Positions 1-8,814 of a DNA stretch of 64,000 nt are shown here, piece by piece (the first letter of the stretch is position 1; each line of letters opens with the position of its first letter). The notes beneath the pieces are model-generated. The model saw only the letters and a program-made list of their open reading frames with translations, was not told the origin of the DNA and made no database searches. Position numbers and translations under genes: made by a program. The DNA is from Chloroflexota bacterium (GTDB lineage: Bacteria; Chloroflexota; Anaerolineae; DUEN01), in the NCBI GenBank assembly GCA_013152435.1, contig JAADGJ010000010.1:13911-77910 (forward strand). The letters are read 5' to 3'.

Positions 1-588
1 ACCTGCCGGTGGTGGGGTTGATCTGGCCGGACGTGACCTTCGGTGGGATCTGGATGCTGACGTCCGTCACAGTGACCGGGAATGTGGGCACGAAGGGAAC
101 GGTAGCCGATACCAGCACCCGTCCGACGATGTGGGCGCCTTCCTCCGTGGAAGGCACATGGAAGGTGAAGTCGATCCCCGTCTTGGTGCTGGGTCGGGGG
201 CCGAAGACCACCGGGCGAGAGATCGAAGGGGCTTCGGCCTCAGGTGGGATGGTGGTGTCCGTCTTTTCGGCCCGGATGTTCCATGTGGCGACGCCGACTG
301 GCAACTCCAGCGTGTATGCGCCCTCCGCGTCGGTCGTCGTGCTCACCTCAGCGCCCGTGGCCGGTCGCCTCGCGACGATGCGGGCGTTTTGCACCGGCCG
401 GGGCGGATCCTCGTCGGTCCGCGCGTGCCCCGTAACCACGTTGTTGTCCTGGGGAGTGTCCACGGTAGCCGATGTTGGGGAGTCCTCTCCTTGTGCCGGC
501 ATGGCCCAGACCAGGGTGGCGGAACCGATCAGTAGCAGCGTCACTGCTGCGAGCACGGTAACGAGCAAAGGTGTTCTTCGAGTCATGT
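1..588 (-). CDS. Secreted protein, N-terminal part only (C-terminus lies beyond window start). It has a signal peptide followed by repeated beta-sandwich (carboxypeptidase-regulatory-like / Ig-like) segments.
   Basis: Minus-strand frame with ATG at 588..586 preceded by GGAAGGAGG (rc of 597..605). My own translation, MTRRTPLLVTVLAAVTLLLIGSATLVWAMPAQGE..., reads without stops to position 1. The N-terminus is signal-peptide-like and is followed by repeated ...GRVLVSATVP...VTVTDVSIQ... motifs. The track's plus ORF 9..728 covers the same DNA but has antisense-like composition. Confidence 0.5.
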
Positions 589-711
589 TGCAAAACCTCC
601 TTCCTTTCAGTCCCGTGATCCCCAGCGGGGACGGGCGTTCTCAGAGCGAATGTGAGCTTTGTCCGTTGGATAGGCTACCGTGCCTGTTCTGGGGCCATTG
701 CCGGCCTAGAG

Positions 712-756
712 CGTGTCTGAAAATTTAGCAGAAGCAACGGCATTTCTCAGACACAC
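712..756 (-). terminator. Imperfect hairpin (GTGTCTGA ... TCAGACAC) downstream of the response-regulator gene; a candidate terminator.
   Basis: The 8-bp inverted repeat 712..719 / 749..756 lies 3' of the minus-strand operon that ends at 837. Confidence 0.3.
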
Positions 757-836
757 TCTTAGAGGCTTACCCGTTATATTGTGGTCGACGTGAGACGTGT
801 GCCCTACATCTTGTATCTTCGTTGCTATCGCCTTAC

Positions 837-1493
837 TCAGCCGTTGCGTCGCACCACGCCGCTACGCCAGGCGTAGACCGCGGCCTGTGTGCGATCGGCC
901 AGGTGCAGCTTGCTCAGGATATTGCTGACGTGGGTCTTCACCGTCTTCTCACTGATGACCAGTCGTTCGGCGATGGACGCGTTGTCCAGGCCGTCGGCGA
1001 TCAGGCGCAGGACCTCCAGCTCTCGCTCGCTCAGATCGGTGAAGGGATTGAGCTCCTGCCGTCGTGAGCCGTGCAGCTCCTGGACGACTCGGGCGGCCAC
1101 GCTGGGGTGCAGGATGGCCTCGCCGCGGGCCGCTCGCCGCACTGCCTCGGCCAGCTCGTCGGCCTGCACCTCCTTGAGCAGGTAGGAGAGCGCGCCGGCT
1201 TTGATGGCCGGAAAGATGTGCTCATCCTCGTGATATGAGGTCAGGATGACGACTTGCGTGTGGGGGCTGGCCCGGCAGATCCGCCGTGTGGCCTCGACGC
1301 CGTCCATGCCCGGCATGAGCAGATCCATCAGCACGACATCTGGGACCAGCTCCGTGGCCAGTTGGACGGCCTCCTCGCCTGTGCCCGCTTCTCCGATCAC
1401 CTGGATGTCCGGCTGCGCGTCCAGGAAGGCTCGCACGCCCTCCCGTACGATGGCGTGATCGTCGGCCAGTAGGACGGTAATGGGTTCGTTCAT
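837..1493 (-). CDS. NarL/FixJ-family response regulator (REC + LuxR-type HTH).
   Basis: Translation MNEPITVLLADDHAIVREG...DLLMPGMDG...SERELEVLRLIADGLDNASIAERLVISEKTVKTHVSNILSKL shows a receiver domain with the phospho-acceptor Asp context and a LuxR HTH. The ATG is at 1493..1491. The track ORF's 290-aa upstream extension (to 2372) is R/G/P-rich antisense of the kinase gene and is rejected. Confidence 0.9.
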   Translation of the reverse strand: MNEPITVLLADDHAIVREGVRAFLDAQPDIQVIGEAGTGEEAVQLATELVPDVVLMDLLMPGMDGVEATRRICRASPHTQVVILTSYHEDEHIFPAIKAGALSYLLKEVQADELAEAVRRAARGEAILHPSVAARVVQELHGSRRQELNPFTDLSERELEVLRLIADGLDNASIAERLVISEKTVKTHVSNILSKLHLADRTQAAVYAWRSGVVRRNG

Positions 1494-3025
1494 GTGCTTG
1501 CCTCCACGGGTAAACTGGCGCGAATGGTGGTGCCCTCGCCGGGGCGGCTGAGGACTTGGAAGTCGCCGGCCAGAGCGACCACCCGTTCTCTCATGCTGAT
1601 CAAGCCCAGCCCCTTGCCCATGGCTGTCTCCACGTCGAAGCCACAGCCATGGTCGGTGATCTCCAGGGTCACGTGGTGTCGATTGTAGTTCAGATCCACT
1701 TCCAGATGGTCGCTGCCGCTGTGGCGGGCTACGTTGGCCAGGGCCTCCTGGGCCACCCGATAGAGGGCCTGCTCCGTCTCCAGCGGCACTTTGCGCTCGC
1801 CGCTCACCCGCAGCTTGGCCGTGATCCCGGTGCGCTCGCTCCAGGCGCTCAGGTGTTGGTGCAATGCGGTGGCCAGGCCCTTGCCGACCAATGCGACCGG
1901 CCGTAGCTGCCTTAGCAGGGCGTTGAGCTCCTGCTGGGCCTGTTGCGCCAGGTCCTCGGCCTGACGCAGGTGCTTGGCGACGCTTGGTGGGTCTTGACCC
2001 AGAAGCGCCCTCGCCGCTGCGATCTGCATGGCTGTGGCGAAGACTTGTTGCTTGACGCTGTCGTGGAGCTCTCGGGCCAGGCGGTTTCGCTCCTCCAGCG
2101 AGGCCAGATGCTCTCGCACCTCCAGCACGCCCTGGAGCTGTTCCGCCATCCGGTTGAGCTGCCGGGCCAATCGCCCGATCTCGTCGTCGGGCTCGGCGCG
2201 CGCCTGCACCGAGAAATCGCCACGGCCCCAGGCGGCCGTGACCTCGGCCAGTTGGTCCAGTCGCCGCGTGAGCCAGTAGGCGGTGAGGAACCCGAAGACC
2301 GTGGCGGCGAAGACCCGGCCGACCGCCAGGAAGGCGCCCACGCCCCCCTCCAGCTTCATGATCGACGACCACAGCCGTCCCCCGGGCGCCGTGGCGACGA
2401 CCCGCAGGTAGAGGGCGCCCCGGATCGTTCCGCTGGGGTCCCGTATCGGCTCGGTCGCCACCACCTCGCCGTGGTCCAGCCGGATGGCCTGTCCGTTGCC
2501 TGTCAGCGCCTGTTGCAGGAGCGTTGTGCTGACCTCGGCTGCGGCGGGGTCGTAAAAGGGATCGGGCCAGCCGGTCCGCAGAGAGGCGGGCACGTTGCTG
2601 GCCACGAGCCGCCCCTTCTCGTCCACGATGGCGATCAGATCGAACCTTTGCGGCAGGTGATCGGGCGGATCAGGATCGCTGAGCGCCAGGATGGGTAGGC
2701 CCGGGATGCCACTGCCGTTCTCCTGGAGCGGCACGACAGAGGAGAGCCAGCGATCCAGAAGGGCGGTATCCGGGCCGGATGCCAGCAGGGCCCCGGCCGG
2801 GATGCTCAGTTGGCGGGCGATCCGGGCCATCAGTTGGGGGAGCCTGGGCCCCCGTGTGCTGATCCACCATGAGCCGAGCAACAGGCCGATCTGGATGAGC
2901 AACACGCTGATGAGCATGAGCAGAGCATAGTAGATGGTCAGGCGCCAACGTAGCCCTTGTCGCATGGTCCGGCTCCTGGCATGAGAGGACTGGAGTAACG
3001 ATGTTGCCTTGACACGCGATCGCAC
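1490..3025 (-). CDS. NarX-like sensor histidine kinase (two TM segments, HAMP, HisKA_3, HATPase_c).
   Basis: Motifs seen: ERNRLARELHDSVKQQ (H-box of the HisKA_3 type), a HAMP-like segment and a C-terminal ATPase (GLGLISMRERV...). The stop overlaps the RR start (ATGA coupling at 1490..1493). The start is either 3025 or the internal Met at about 2965. Confidence 0.85.
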   Translation of the reverse strand: MRSRVKATSLLQSSHARSRTMRQGLRWRLTIYYALLMLISVLLIQIGLLLGSWWISTRGPRLPQLMARIARQLSIPAGALLASGPDTALLDRWLSSVVPLQENGSGIPGLPILALSDPDPPDHLPQRFDLIAIVDEKGRLVASNVPASLRTGWPDPFYDPAAAEVSTTLLQQALTGNGQAIRLDHGEVVATEPIRDPSGTIRGALYLRVVATAPGGRLWSSIMKLEGGVGAFLAVGRVFAATVFGFLTAYWLTRRLDQLAEVTAAWGRGDFSVQARAEPDDEIGRLARQLNRMAEQLQGVLEVREHLASLEERNRLARELHDSVKQQVFATAMQIAAARALLGQDPPSVAKHLRQAEDLAQQAQQELNALLRQLRPVALVGKGLATALHQHLSAWSERTGITAKLRVSGERKVPLETEQALYRVAQEALANVARHSGSDHLEVDLNYNRHHVTLEITDHGCGFDVETAMGKGLGLISMRERVVALAGDFQVLSRPGEGTTIRASLPVEAST

Positions 3026-3194
3026 CTCTTCTCGTGTTGATTGCCCAGAGAATTTTGCTACCTCAGGGGAGCGTGTCTAGCCTTTCACGACTAATGTAAC
3101 ACAATCAAAAGAAATCGCCATCAGTCCCTGGCCCTATTTCGGTTCCGACTTCAGGCGGATACGCGAGGCATCCCGAATCGTGGTGGCTTTTGCG

Positions 3195-3224
3195 TTGACA
3201 GGCGATGATCCTCTTTGCTATAAT
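3195..3224 (+). promoter_or_regulatory. Consensus sigma70-type promoter (TTGACA-N18-TATAAT) upstream of the GH20 gene.
   Basis: TTGACA at 3195..3200 and TATAAT at 3219..3224, about 75 nt upstream of the start codon, which has an AGGAGG RBS at 3290..3295. Confidence 0.5.
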
Positions 3225-3298
3225 GCGGCCCGCATCGGTGACGGAGATGTCGATGTTGATTCCGTTCGTTTTCTCAAGAGATTCCGTTTAGGAGGTCG

Positions 3299-5185
3299 AT
3301 GATGTCCCGTAATTTGGTGCTATTGCCTTCCCCTCAGCGCTTGCAGGAGCTGCCGGGCAGCCATCATCTGCAGCCCGATCGTTTCATTTGGCTGGCGGGA
3401 GATGTGTCCGATGCCCTGTGGCGTGTGGGGCAGATCGTCCAGGATGCGCTTTCGGCGATAGGGCGGCGGTGGGAGTTGACGGCGGCGCGGGGAGATGATC
3501 TCAGCCGGCTGGGGGCCACCGTGCATGTGGATCCCGCTCAGGTGCCGCAGCGGGAGGGATATCATCTGACCGTTGGGGCCGATCAGATCCGGATCGTGGC
3601 GCACGATCTGGCGGGGGCCTTCTATGCGGCTATGACGCTGCGGCAGATCGCCCGCCAGATCGCTGGATCTGGGGAGCTGCCCTGCCTGCGTATCGAGGAT
3701 TGGCCGGATTTCCCGAATCGGGGCGTCATGCTGGACATCAGCCGGGATAGGGTCCCGACCATGGAGACGTTGTACGCCCTGGTGGATATGCTGGCCGAGT
3801 GGAAGGTCAACCAATTCCAGCTCTACATGGAGCACACCTTTGCCTATCGCAACCATCGGGAGGTGTGGGAGAACGCTTCTCCCATGACCGGCGAGGAGAT
3901 CCTGGCGCTGGACGCCTATTGCCGTGAGCGCTTCATAGAGCTCGTGCCCAACCAGAACTCCTTCGGTCATATGCACCATTGGCTGAAACATGATCGATAT
4001 CGGCCGCTGGCGGAGTGTCCGGACGGCTGGAAGTCCCCCTGGGGGGAGTGGAACGACGAACCGTTTAGCCTTTGCCCGCTGGATCCCGGTTCCATCGAGT
4101 TGATCTCTGAGCTATACGACGAGCTGTTGCCGCATTTCTCCAGCCGACAGTTCAATGTGGGCTGCGATGAGACCTTCGATCTGGGGCAGGGGCGGAGCAA
4201 GGAGGCCTGTGAGGAGCGGGGCGTCGGCCGTGTCTACCTGGAGTTCCTGCTCAAGATCCATAGCCTGGTGCAGCGGAAGGGGCGGACGATGCAGTTCTGG
4301 GGGGATATCATCCTGCATCATCCCGAGCTTATCCCTGAGCTGCCGGGCGATATCGTCGCCCTGGAGTGGGGGTATGGGGCCACCCATCCCTTCGCCGAGA
4401 ACGGCGAGAAATTCGCCCGGGCGGGCGTCCCGTACTATGTCTGTCCTGGTACGTCCAGCTGGAACTCCATCGCTGGACGTACGGAGAACGCGATCGGCAA
4501 CTTGCGAAACGCGGCGGAGAATGGGCTGGCCCATGGAGCCATCGGCTACCTGAACACCGACTGGGGGGACAACGGTCACTGGCAACATCTGCCCATCTCC
4601 TTCCTGGGCTACGCATACGGGGCGGCCGTCAGCTGGGCCGCCCAGGCCAATCGGGATATCGATCTGCCACGGGCCCTGGATCTGCATGCGTTCCGGGATG
4701 CCGCGGGCGTGATGGGGAAGTTGGCCTATGATCTGGGGAACGCATACAAGGTGCCCGGCGTGACGCCGTTCAACTCTTCTGCGATGGCCCTGCTCTTGCT
4801 GAGCCCGAGTCGTCCCTTCTATGAGGGGAGGCTGGCGGAGCTGACCGTCGAGGGGTTGGAGCGGGCGCAGGAGTACGTGGACCAGGTGATCTCCCGGCTG
4901 CCGGAGGCTCGCATGGGGCGCCCCGACGCCGATCTCATCGTCGACGAGTTCCGCAATGCGGCGGCGTTGCTGCGCCATGCCTGTCGGCTGGGGATCGCCC
5001 GGCTTCAGACAGAGGGCGGGGAGATCGCTCAGATCCCGGCGGAGACGCGGGCGTCGCTGGCGGAGGAGTTGGAGGCGATCATCGCCGAATACAAGCGGCT
5101 GTGGCTGGCACGCAACCGGATCGGTGGGCTGGCGGACAGCGTGGGCCGCATGGAGCGGTTGTTGGAGATGTATCGCGGCGGGTGA
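3299..5185 (+). CDS. Glycoside hydrolase family 20 beta-N-acetylhexosaminidase-like protein.
   Basis: The segment RIEDWPDFPNRGVMLDISRDRVPTMETLYALVDMLAEWKVNQFQLYMEH...FNVGCDETFDLGQ matches the GH20 catalytic TIM-barrel signature. RBS AGGAGG; the start may be the second ATG at 3302. Confidence 0.8.
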   Translation: MMSRNLVLLPSPQRLQELPGSHHLQPDRFIWLAGDVSDALWRVGQIVQDALSAIGRRWELTAARGDDLSRLGATVHVDPAQVPQREGYHLTVGADQIRIVAHDLAGAFYAAMTLRQIARQIAGSGELPCLRIEDWPDFPNRGVMLDISRDRVPTMETLYALVDMLAEWKVNQFQLYMEHTFAYRNHREVWENASPMTGEEILALDAYCRERFIELVPNQNSFGHMHHWLKHDRYRPLAECPDGWKSPWGEWNDEPFSLCPLDPGSIELISELYDELLPHFSSRQFNVGCDETFDLGQGRSKEACEERGVGRVYLEFLLKIHSLVQRKGRTMQFWGDIILHHPELIPELPGDIVALEWGYGATHPFAENGEKFARAGVPYYVCPGTSSWNSIAGRTENAIGNLRNAAENGLAHGAIGYLNTDWGDNGHWQHLPISFLGYAYGAAVSWAAQANRDIDLPRALDLHAFRDAAGVMGKLAYDLGNAYKVPGVTPFNSSAMALLLLSPSRPFYEGRLAELTVEGLERAQEYVDQVISRLPEARMGRPDADLIVDEFRNAAALLRHACRLGIARLQTEGGEIAQIPAETRASLAEELEAIIAEYKRLWLARNRIGGLADSVGRMERLLEMYRGG

Positions 5186-5224
5186 GAAGAGATCCGCCTG
5201 CCGGGCCGGAAGTCGAATCGAGGG

Positions 5225-5258
5225 GGCCTGCTCTCTCCCGAGCAGGCTCTCTTTGTTG
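5225..5258 (+). terminator. Rho-independent terminator after the GH20 gene.
   Basis: Hairpin CCTGCTC-TCTCCC-GAGCAGG at 5227..5246 followed by the T-rich run CTCTCTTTGTTG. Confidence 0.55.
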
Positions 5259-5578
5259 CGGGGGGATTGACGGGATATTCGTGTAGTCAGTGAGTTATTC
5301 ACAAAGGCCTGGCGAAGTAGGGGGGGCTTAGGGGAGGTATGGAGGGGACCTCTTCTGAAGGATCCAGACCGAGGCCAGGCTGGTCGCAGGCGCATGAGCC
5401 GCCCCTGCCCGGGGGCCATTTCTTGCTGATGAAACGCTATATATGGTGGATCATCCTCGTTGAATATCCATATATGCCGTTTTCATCGATGTCGTGATGC
5501 CTATTCGTGTAGTGAGCACGCTATCCCCCGGAGACGACGAGAGGGAAAAACAGGAAACCCACACCCCCCACAGCCGGC

Positions 5579-6358
5579 TCAACCTCGCCAGCGAATGAAC
5601 AGGCTTCCCGCCAACAGCATGAGGAGGAGGGCCGTGACCAGGCAATCAAGCCAGTTGAAGCGCAGCCGGCGGAATTGCGTCCGTTGTATCCCCGGCGCCC
5701 CCAGTCCCCTGGCCTCCAGGCTCCAGGCCAGGCTCTGGCTGGTACGGAGGGCGCTGATGATGACGGCCACCAGGATGGGCTGGTGCGCTCGGAGGCGACG
5801 CCAGAGAGACCCGGTGTCCAGGTCCAGGCCGCGCGCTCGTTGTGCGTCAACGACCTGACGATAAAGCTCGGCGATGGTGGGGAGGTACCGCAGCGCCAGG
5901 GATAGCGTGAGGCTCCAGGTGTACGGGAGGCCCAGCGCGGCCATCCCTCGCACCATGGTGGCCTGGTCAGTGGTGAACAACCACAGGAACATGACGAAGG
6001 CCAGCGCGTCCAGGCGGAGGGCGACCGTGATCCCCTGCAGCAGCGCCCCCCAGGTCAATCGAAGGGGGCCGAGCGCCATGAGGGCCGGCCCCGGCCCGGG
6101 CTGGAAGATCCACCACAACGCCGGGATCAACAAGGTGAGCGGCAACATGAGTCGCCAGACGCTCCGCACACGCCGCATGGGCACCCCGGCGCTCAGGATC
6201 AAAGCGTGTGCCAGAACCAGGGCGGCGATGGCTGTGAGTAGGTGGGTGAACAGGAAGAGCAAGATGATGGCCTCGGCCACCAGCAGGAGCTTGACCCGGG
6301 GATCCAGCCGATGAAGAAAACTATCCCCCGATATGTACAGATCGTAGTCACCGCTCAT
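5579..6358 (-). CDS. ecfT: ECF transporter transmembrane (T) component, EcfT/CbiQ family.
   Basis: 259-aa polytopic membrane protein carrying the conserved EcfT motifs ...ARGL... and ALRTSQSLAWSLEARG. It overlaps the upstream ATPase gene by 11 nt. Confidence 0.8.
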   Translation of the reverse strand: MSGDYDLYISGDSFLHRLDPRVKLLLVAEAIILLFLFTHLLTAIAALVLAHALILSAGVPMRRVRSVWRLMLPLTLLIPALWWIFQPGPGPALMALGPLRLTWGALLQGITVALRLDALAFVMFLWLFTTDQATMVRGMAALGLPYTWSLTLSLALRYLPTIAELYRQVVDAQRARGLDLDTGSLWRRLRAHQPILVAVIISALRTSQSLAWSLEARGLGAPGIQRTQFRRLRFNWLDCLVTALLLMLLAGSLFIRWRG

Positions 6359-8039
6359 GGTGAGGCCCTCCCGCCCACGCTCGAAGGAATTCGTCCACGG
6401 TGAGCACGGGCGATACCTCAGGCGGGGCGTTCAGCGCATAGGCCAGCCGGGTGACGGGGGGCGAGTATAAGCTGGCCGCCTCCAGTACATCCGGCCGGGA
6501 GAACAGCTCCCTGGGGGTGCCGTCGAAGATCATCTGCCCGTCCACCAGGACGATGCTGCGTTGAGCCCGCTCCGCCACGATGGTCATCTCGTGGGTGATC
6601 AGCACAACGGTGGTCCCCCGGTCGTTGAGTTCATCGAGAAAATCCAGCAGCTCGTTCGCTGTGGCCCAGTCCAATCCCCCCGTGGGTTCGTCCAGGATAA
6701 GCACGTCCGGGCGGGCGGCCGCAATCGCCGCGATGGCCACCTTGCGCCGCAGGCCATATCCCAGCACGGCGGGGGGGACGTCGGCCAGCGACTCCAGGTG
6801 AAAGCGCCCCAACATCTCGTCCACGGCTTTCTGGACATCCTGAGCGGGCCATCCCATATTCTGCGGGCCGAAGGCGATCTCCTCCCGTACGGTGGAGGCG
6901 AAGATCTGATGATCGGGATTCTGGAAGGCATATCCGACGATGTGGGCAAGCCTGGGAACGGGGGTAACCTGGGTGTCGTGTCCCCGCACCTGCACGCGTC
7001 CCTCCGTAGGGCGGAGCAGTCCCATGATCAGGCGAGCCAGCGTGGACTTTCCCGCCCCGTTGGGCCCGACCAGGGCAATGTACTCGCCAGCGTGAAAGCG
7101 CAGGGAGACGTCCACTAATGCCCTCACGCCGTTGGGATACGCAAAGCTCAACCGCTCGATGGTCACGATGGGGCGAGGGGACGGCGCGGCAGGGGAGCTG
7201 GACGAAGGATGGGAACCCCGTGAGCGCCACCGTGCGGGGGAGAGGATTCGGGCCGCCTCCGGCACGGTGAGCGGCAGGCGATGTGCATTGGGAGAGGCCG
7301 GGCGGAGAGCGCTCACCAGTCGGGCGATCTGAGGGGCGCCTACGCCCCATTCGCATAGCGTGCGAACCCCATGCGAAGGCCACTCGTTCACGTCCCACGA
7401 GGTTATCTGCCCCTCCCGAAGCACGGCCAGCCGGCTGGCCCCCCGGGCGATCCATTCGATATCCTGAGTGGCCATGATCGTCGTGGTGTGCAGGGTATGA
7501 CGGAGGCGGTCGAGGGTTTGGAAGACCTCCGCTTTCCCTCGGGGGTCCAGGTGGGCGGTAGGCTCGTCCAGCACCAACATGGCGGGGCGGGGGGCCAGGG
7601 CGGCTGCGATCGCAATGCGCTGCATCTGTCCCCCGGAGAGCTGCCGTGGGGATCGACGGCGAAATCCCTCCATGCCGACCAGCGAGAGTGCCCAATCGAT
7701 GCGGCGGTCGATCTCGTCCGAAGGAACGCCCAGGTTCTCCAGTCCGAAGGCGATCTCGTCCTCCACGGTGAGCTGGAACAGCTGGCTCTCCGGATCCTGG
7801 AAGACCATGCCCACATCACGGGCAAAGGAGGCGGGGGGAAAGCGCCGCGTGTCCCTTCCCCTGACCAGGACGCGACCTCGGATGACCCCGCCGGTCGCCT
7901 GAGGGACCAGCCCGTTGAAGGACAGGCACAGCGTGGTTTTGCCGGCGCCCGTGCGTCCCAGGAGGGCGATGAATTCCCCCTGGCCCGCGCGCAAACTGAC
8001 CCCCCGGAGCACGCGCTCCGGGGGGTCCTCGTCCCGCAA
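6348..8039 (-). CDS. ecfA: ECF transporter fused duplicated ATPase (EcfA-EcfA', YkoD-like), two ABC ATPase domains.
   Basis: Two Walker A motifs (GRTGAGKTTL and GPNGAGKSTL) and an ABC signature LSGGQMQRIAIAAAL. The conserved N-terminal ILTVEDLHFAYPP lies upstream of the first canonical start, so the true start is probably a non-ATG codon near 8060..8080. Confidence 0.85.
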   Translation of the reverse strand: MRDEDPPERVLRGVSLRAGQGEFIALLGRTGAGKTTLCLSFNGLVPQATGGVIRGRVLVRGRDTRRFPPASFARDVGMVFQDPESQLFQLTVEDEIAFGLENLGVPSDEIDRRIDWALSLVGMEGFRRRSPRQLSGGQMQRIAIAAALAPRPAMLVLDEPTAHLDPRGKAEVFQTLDRLRHTLHTTTIMATQDIEWIARGASRLAVLREGQITSWDVNEWPSHGVRTLCEWGVGAPQIARLVSALRPASPNAHRLPLTVPEAARILSPARWRSRGSHPSSSSPAAPSPRPIVTIERLSFAYPNGVRALVDVSLRFHAGEYIALVGPNGAGKSTLARLIMGLLRPTEGRVQVRGHDTQVTPVPRLAHIVGYAFQNPDHQIFASTVREEIAFGPQNMGWPAQDVQKAVDEMLGRFHLESLADVPPAVLGYGLRRKVAIAAIAAARPDVLILDEPTGGLDWATANELLDFLDELNDRGTTVVLITHEMTIVAERAQRSIVLVDGQMIFDGTPRELFSRPDVLEAASLYSPPVTRLAYALNAPPEVSPVLTVDEFLRAWAGGPHHER

Positions 8040-8087
8040 CGGGGGATACGCAAAGTGTAGATCCTCAACGGTCAGGATGTCCAGCGA

Positions 8088-8621
8088 TCACTCCTCCCGC
8101 CAGGCTTGCCGGCTCAGCATGTGGATAAGCGGCGGGTAGGCCCTTCGCACGGCCAGCACCAAAGGGATGCCCACCACGGCCCCAACCAGGTTCTGGAAGG
8201 CATTGAACGGCAGCTCCCACAGGGCGGGCCCCCATCCGGTCAGCACCAGACCTTCGCCCAGTAGATACAGTCCGCACATGACCACCGCACCCGCCAGCCA
8301 GGCCACCACCATCCCCGTGAATTGACGATCTCGCCCCAGCCATCCGGCCACGAACCCCTCCAGCCCGTGGGCGAAGAAGGTCAACAGGGCGAATTGGGCG
8401 TACCCGCCTATCAGATCGGCCAGCGCCGTTCCCACGCCTCCGGCAATGAGCCCAACCCAAGGGCCGAAGGCGAAGGCGGTGAAGTAGATGGCCACATCGG
8501 ACAGGTTGACGTAGCCATTGGTGGCGGGGACGGGGACGCGCACGGCCAGGGTGAACACGGTCGTCACCGCGGTCATGACGGCAATCACCGCAATCGCCAG
8601 CGGGTTCAGCTGCCGTCCCAT
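8088..8621 (-). CDS. ECF transporter substrate-specific (S) component; substrate unknown.
   Basis: 177-aa protein with about 6 TM helices, first gene of an S-A-T operon. RBS GAGGAGGTGG is 7 nt before the ATG at 8621..8619. Confidence 0.7.
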   Translation of the reverse strand: MGRQLNPLAIAVIAVMTAVTTVFTLAVRVPVPATNGYVNLSDVAIYFTAFAFGPWVGLIAGGVGTALADLIGGYAQFALLTFFAHGLEGFVAGWLGRDRQFTGMVVAWLAGAVVMCGLYLLGEGLVLTGWGPALWELPFNAFQNLVGAVVGIPLVLAVRRAYPPLIHMLSRQAWREE

Positions 8622-8650
8622 GCTCCACCTCCTCGGGTCGGATTTTCTCT

Positions 8651-8678
8651 ATTCTATCCCATACCAAGTGATGCGCAA
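8651..8678 (-). promoter_or_regulatory. Sigma70-like promoter (TTGCGC-N16-TAGAAT on minus strand) for the ECF S-A-T operon.
   Basis: The reverse complement of 8651..8678 reads TTGCGCATCACTTGGTATGGGATAGAAT, about 30 nt upstream of the S-component start. The leader is too short for a riboswitch. Confidence 0.4.
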
Positions 8679-8814
8679 GTGCCAAACGCCGCCAAATGGA
8701 GTGATCCAATTCGCCCTACTCATAGGGCCGGAGGCCTGATCTTGCGTGTTTTTGACGCGAGCGAGGGGGATCATCTATACTGCGGCCACCAATCCGAGCA
8801 GCCGGGAGGTGGTC

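Noticed and set aside
9-728. Plus-strand 239-aa ORF
   Set aside because: It lies antisense to a minus-strand frame that has a clean signal peptide, an RBS and a gene-like composition. The plus ORF is Ser/Thr/Val-rich noise typical of high-GC antisense frames.
1494-2372. 290-codon N-terminal extension of the response-regulator ORF
   Set aside because: The extension is R/G/P-rich low-complexity sequence and fully overlaps the histidine kinase gene in another frame. The RR has a proper ATG at 1493, translationally coupled to the HK stop.
4112-5419. 435-aa minus-strand ORF
   Set aside because: It lies antisense within the GH20 gene. It is Arg/Pro/Gln-rich with no domain signature, a typical GC-rich shadow ORF. 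The same reasoning rejects 13526..15028(+), 30277..32319(+), 6631..7695(-), 7403..8068(-), 17531..19066(+), 24947..25936(+), 42922..43881(-), 60594..61682(+) and similar.
5451-5645. 64-aa minus ORF / 11-aa MKTAYMDIQRG peptide in the GH20-ecfT gap
   Set aside because: It overlaps the ecfT 3' end and has no RBS; it is probably spurious. The recurring 12-mer in this gap is reported instead.
8622-8814. Possible riboswitch (e.g. THI-box) upstream of the ECF S component
   Set aside because: The leader between the putative promoter and the ATG is only about 30 nt. It contains no CUGAGA-type THI core or other conserved riboswitch element that I can recognise.
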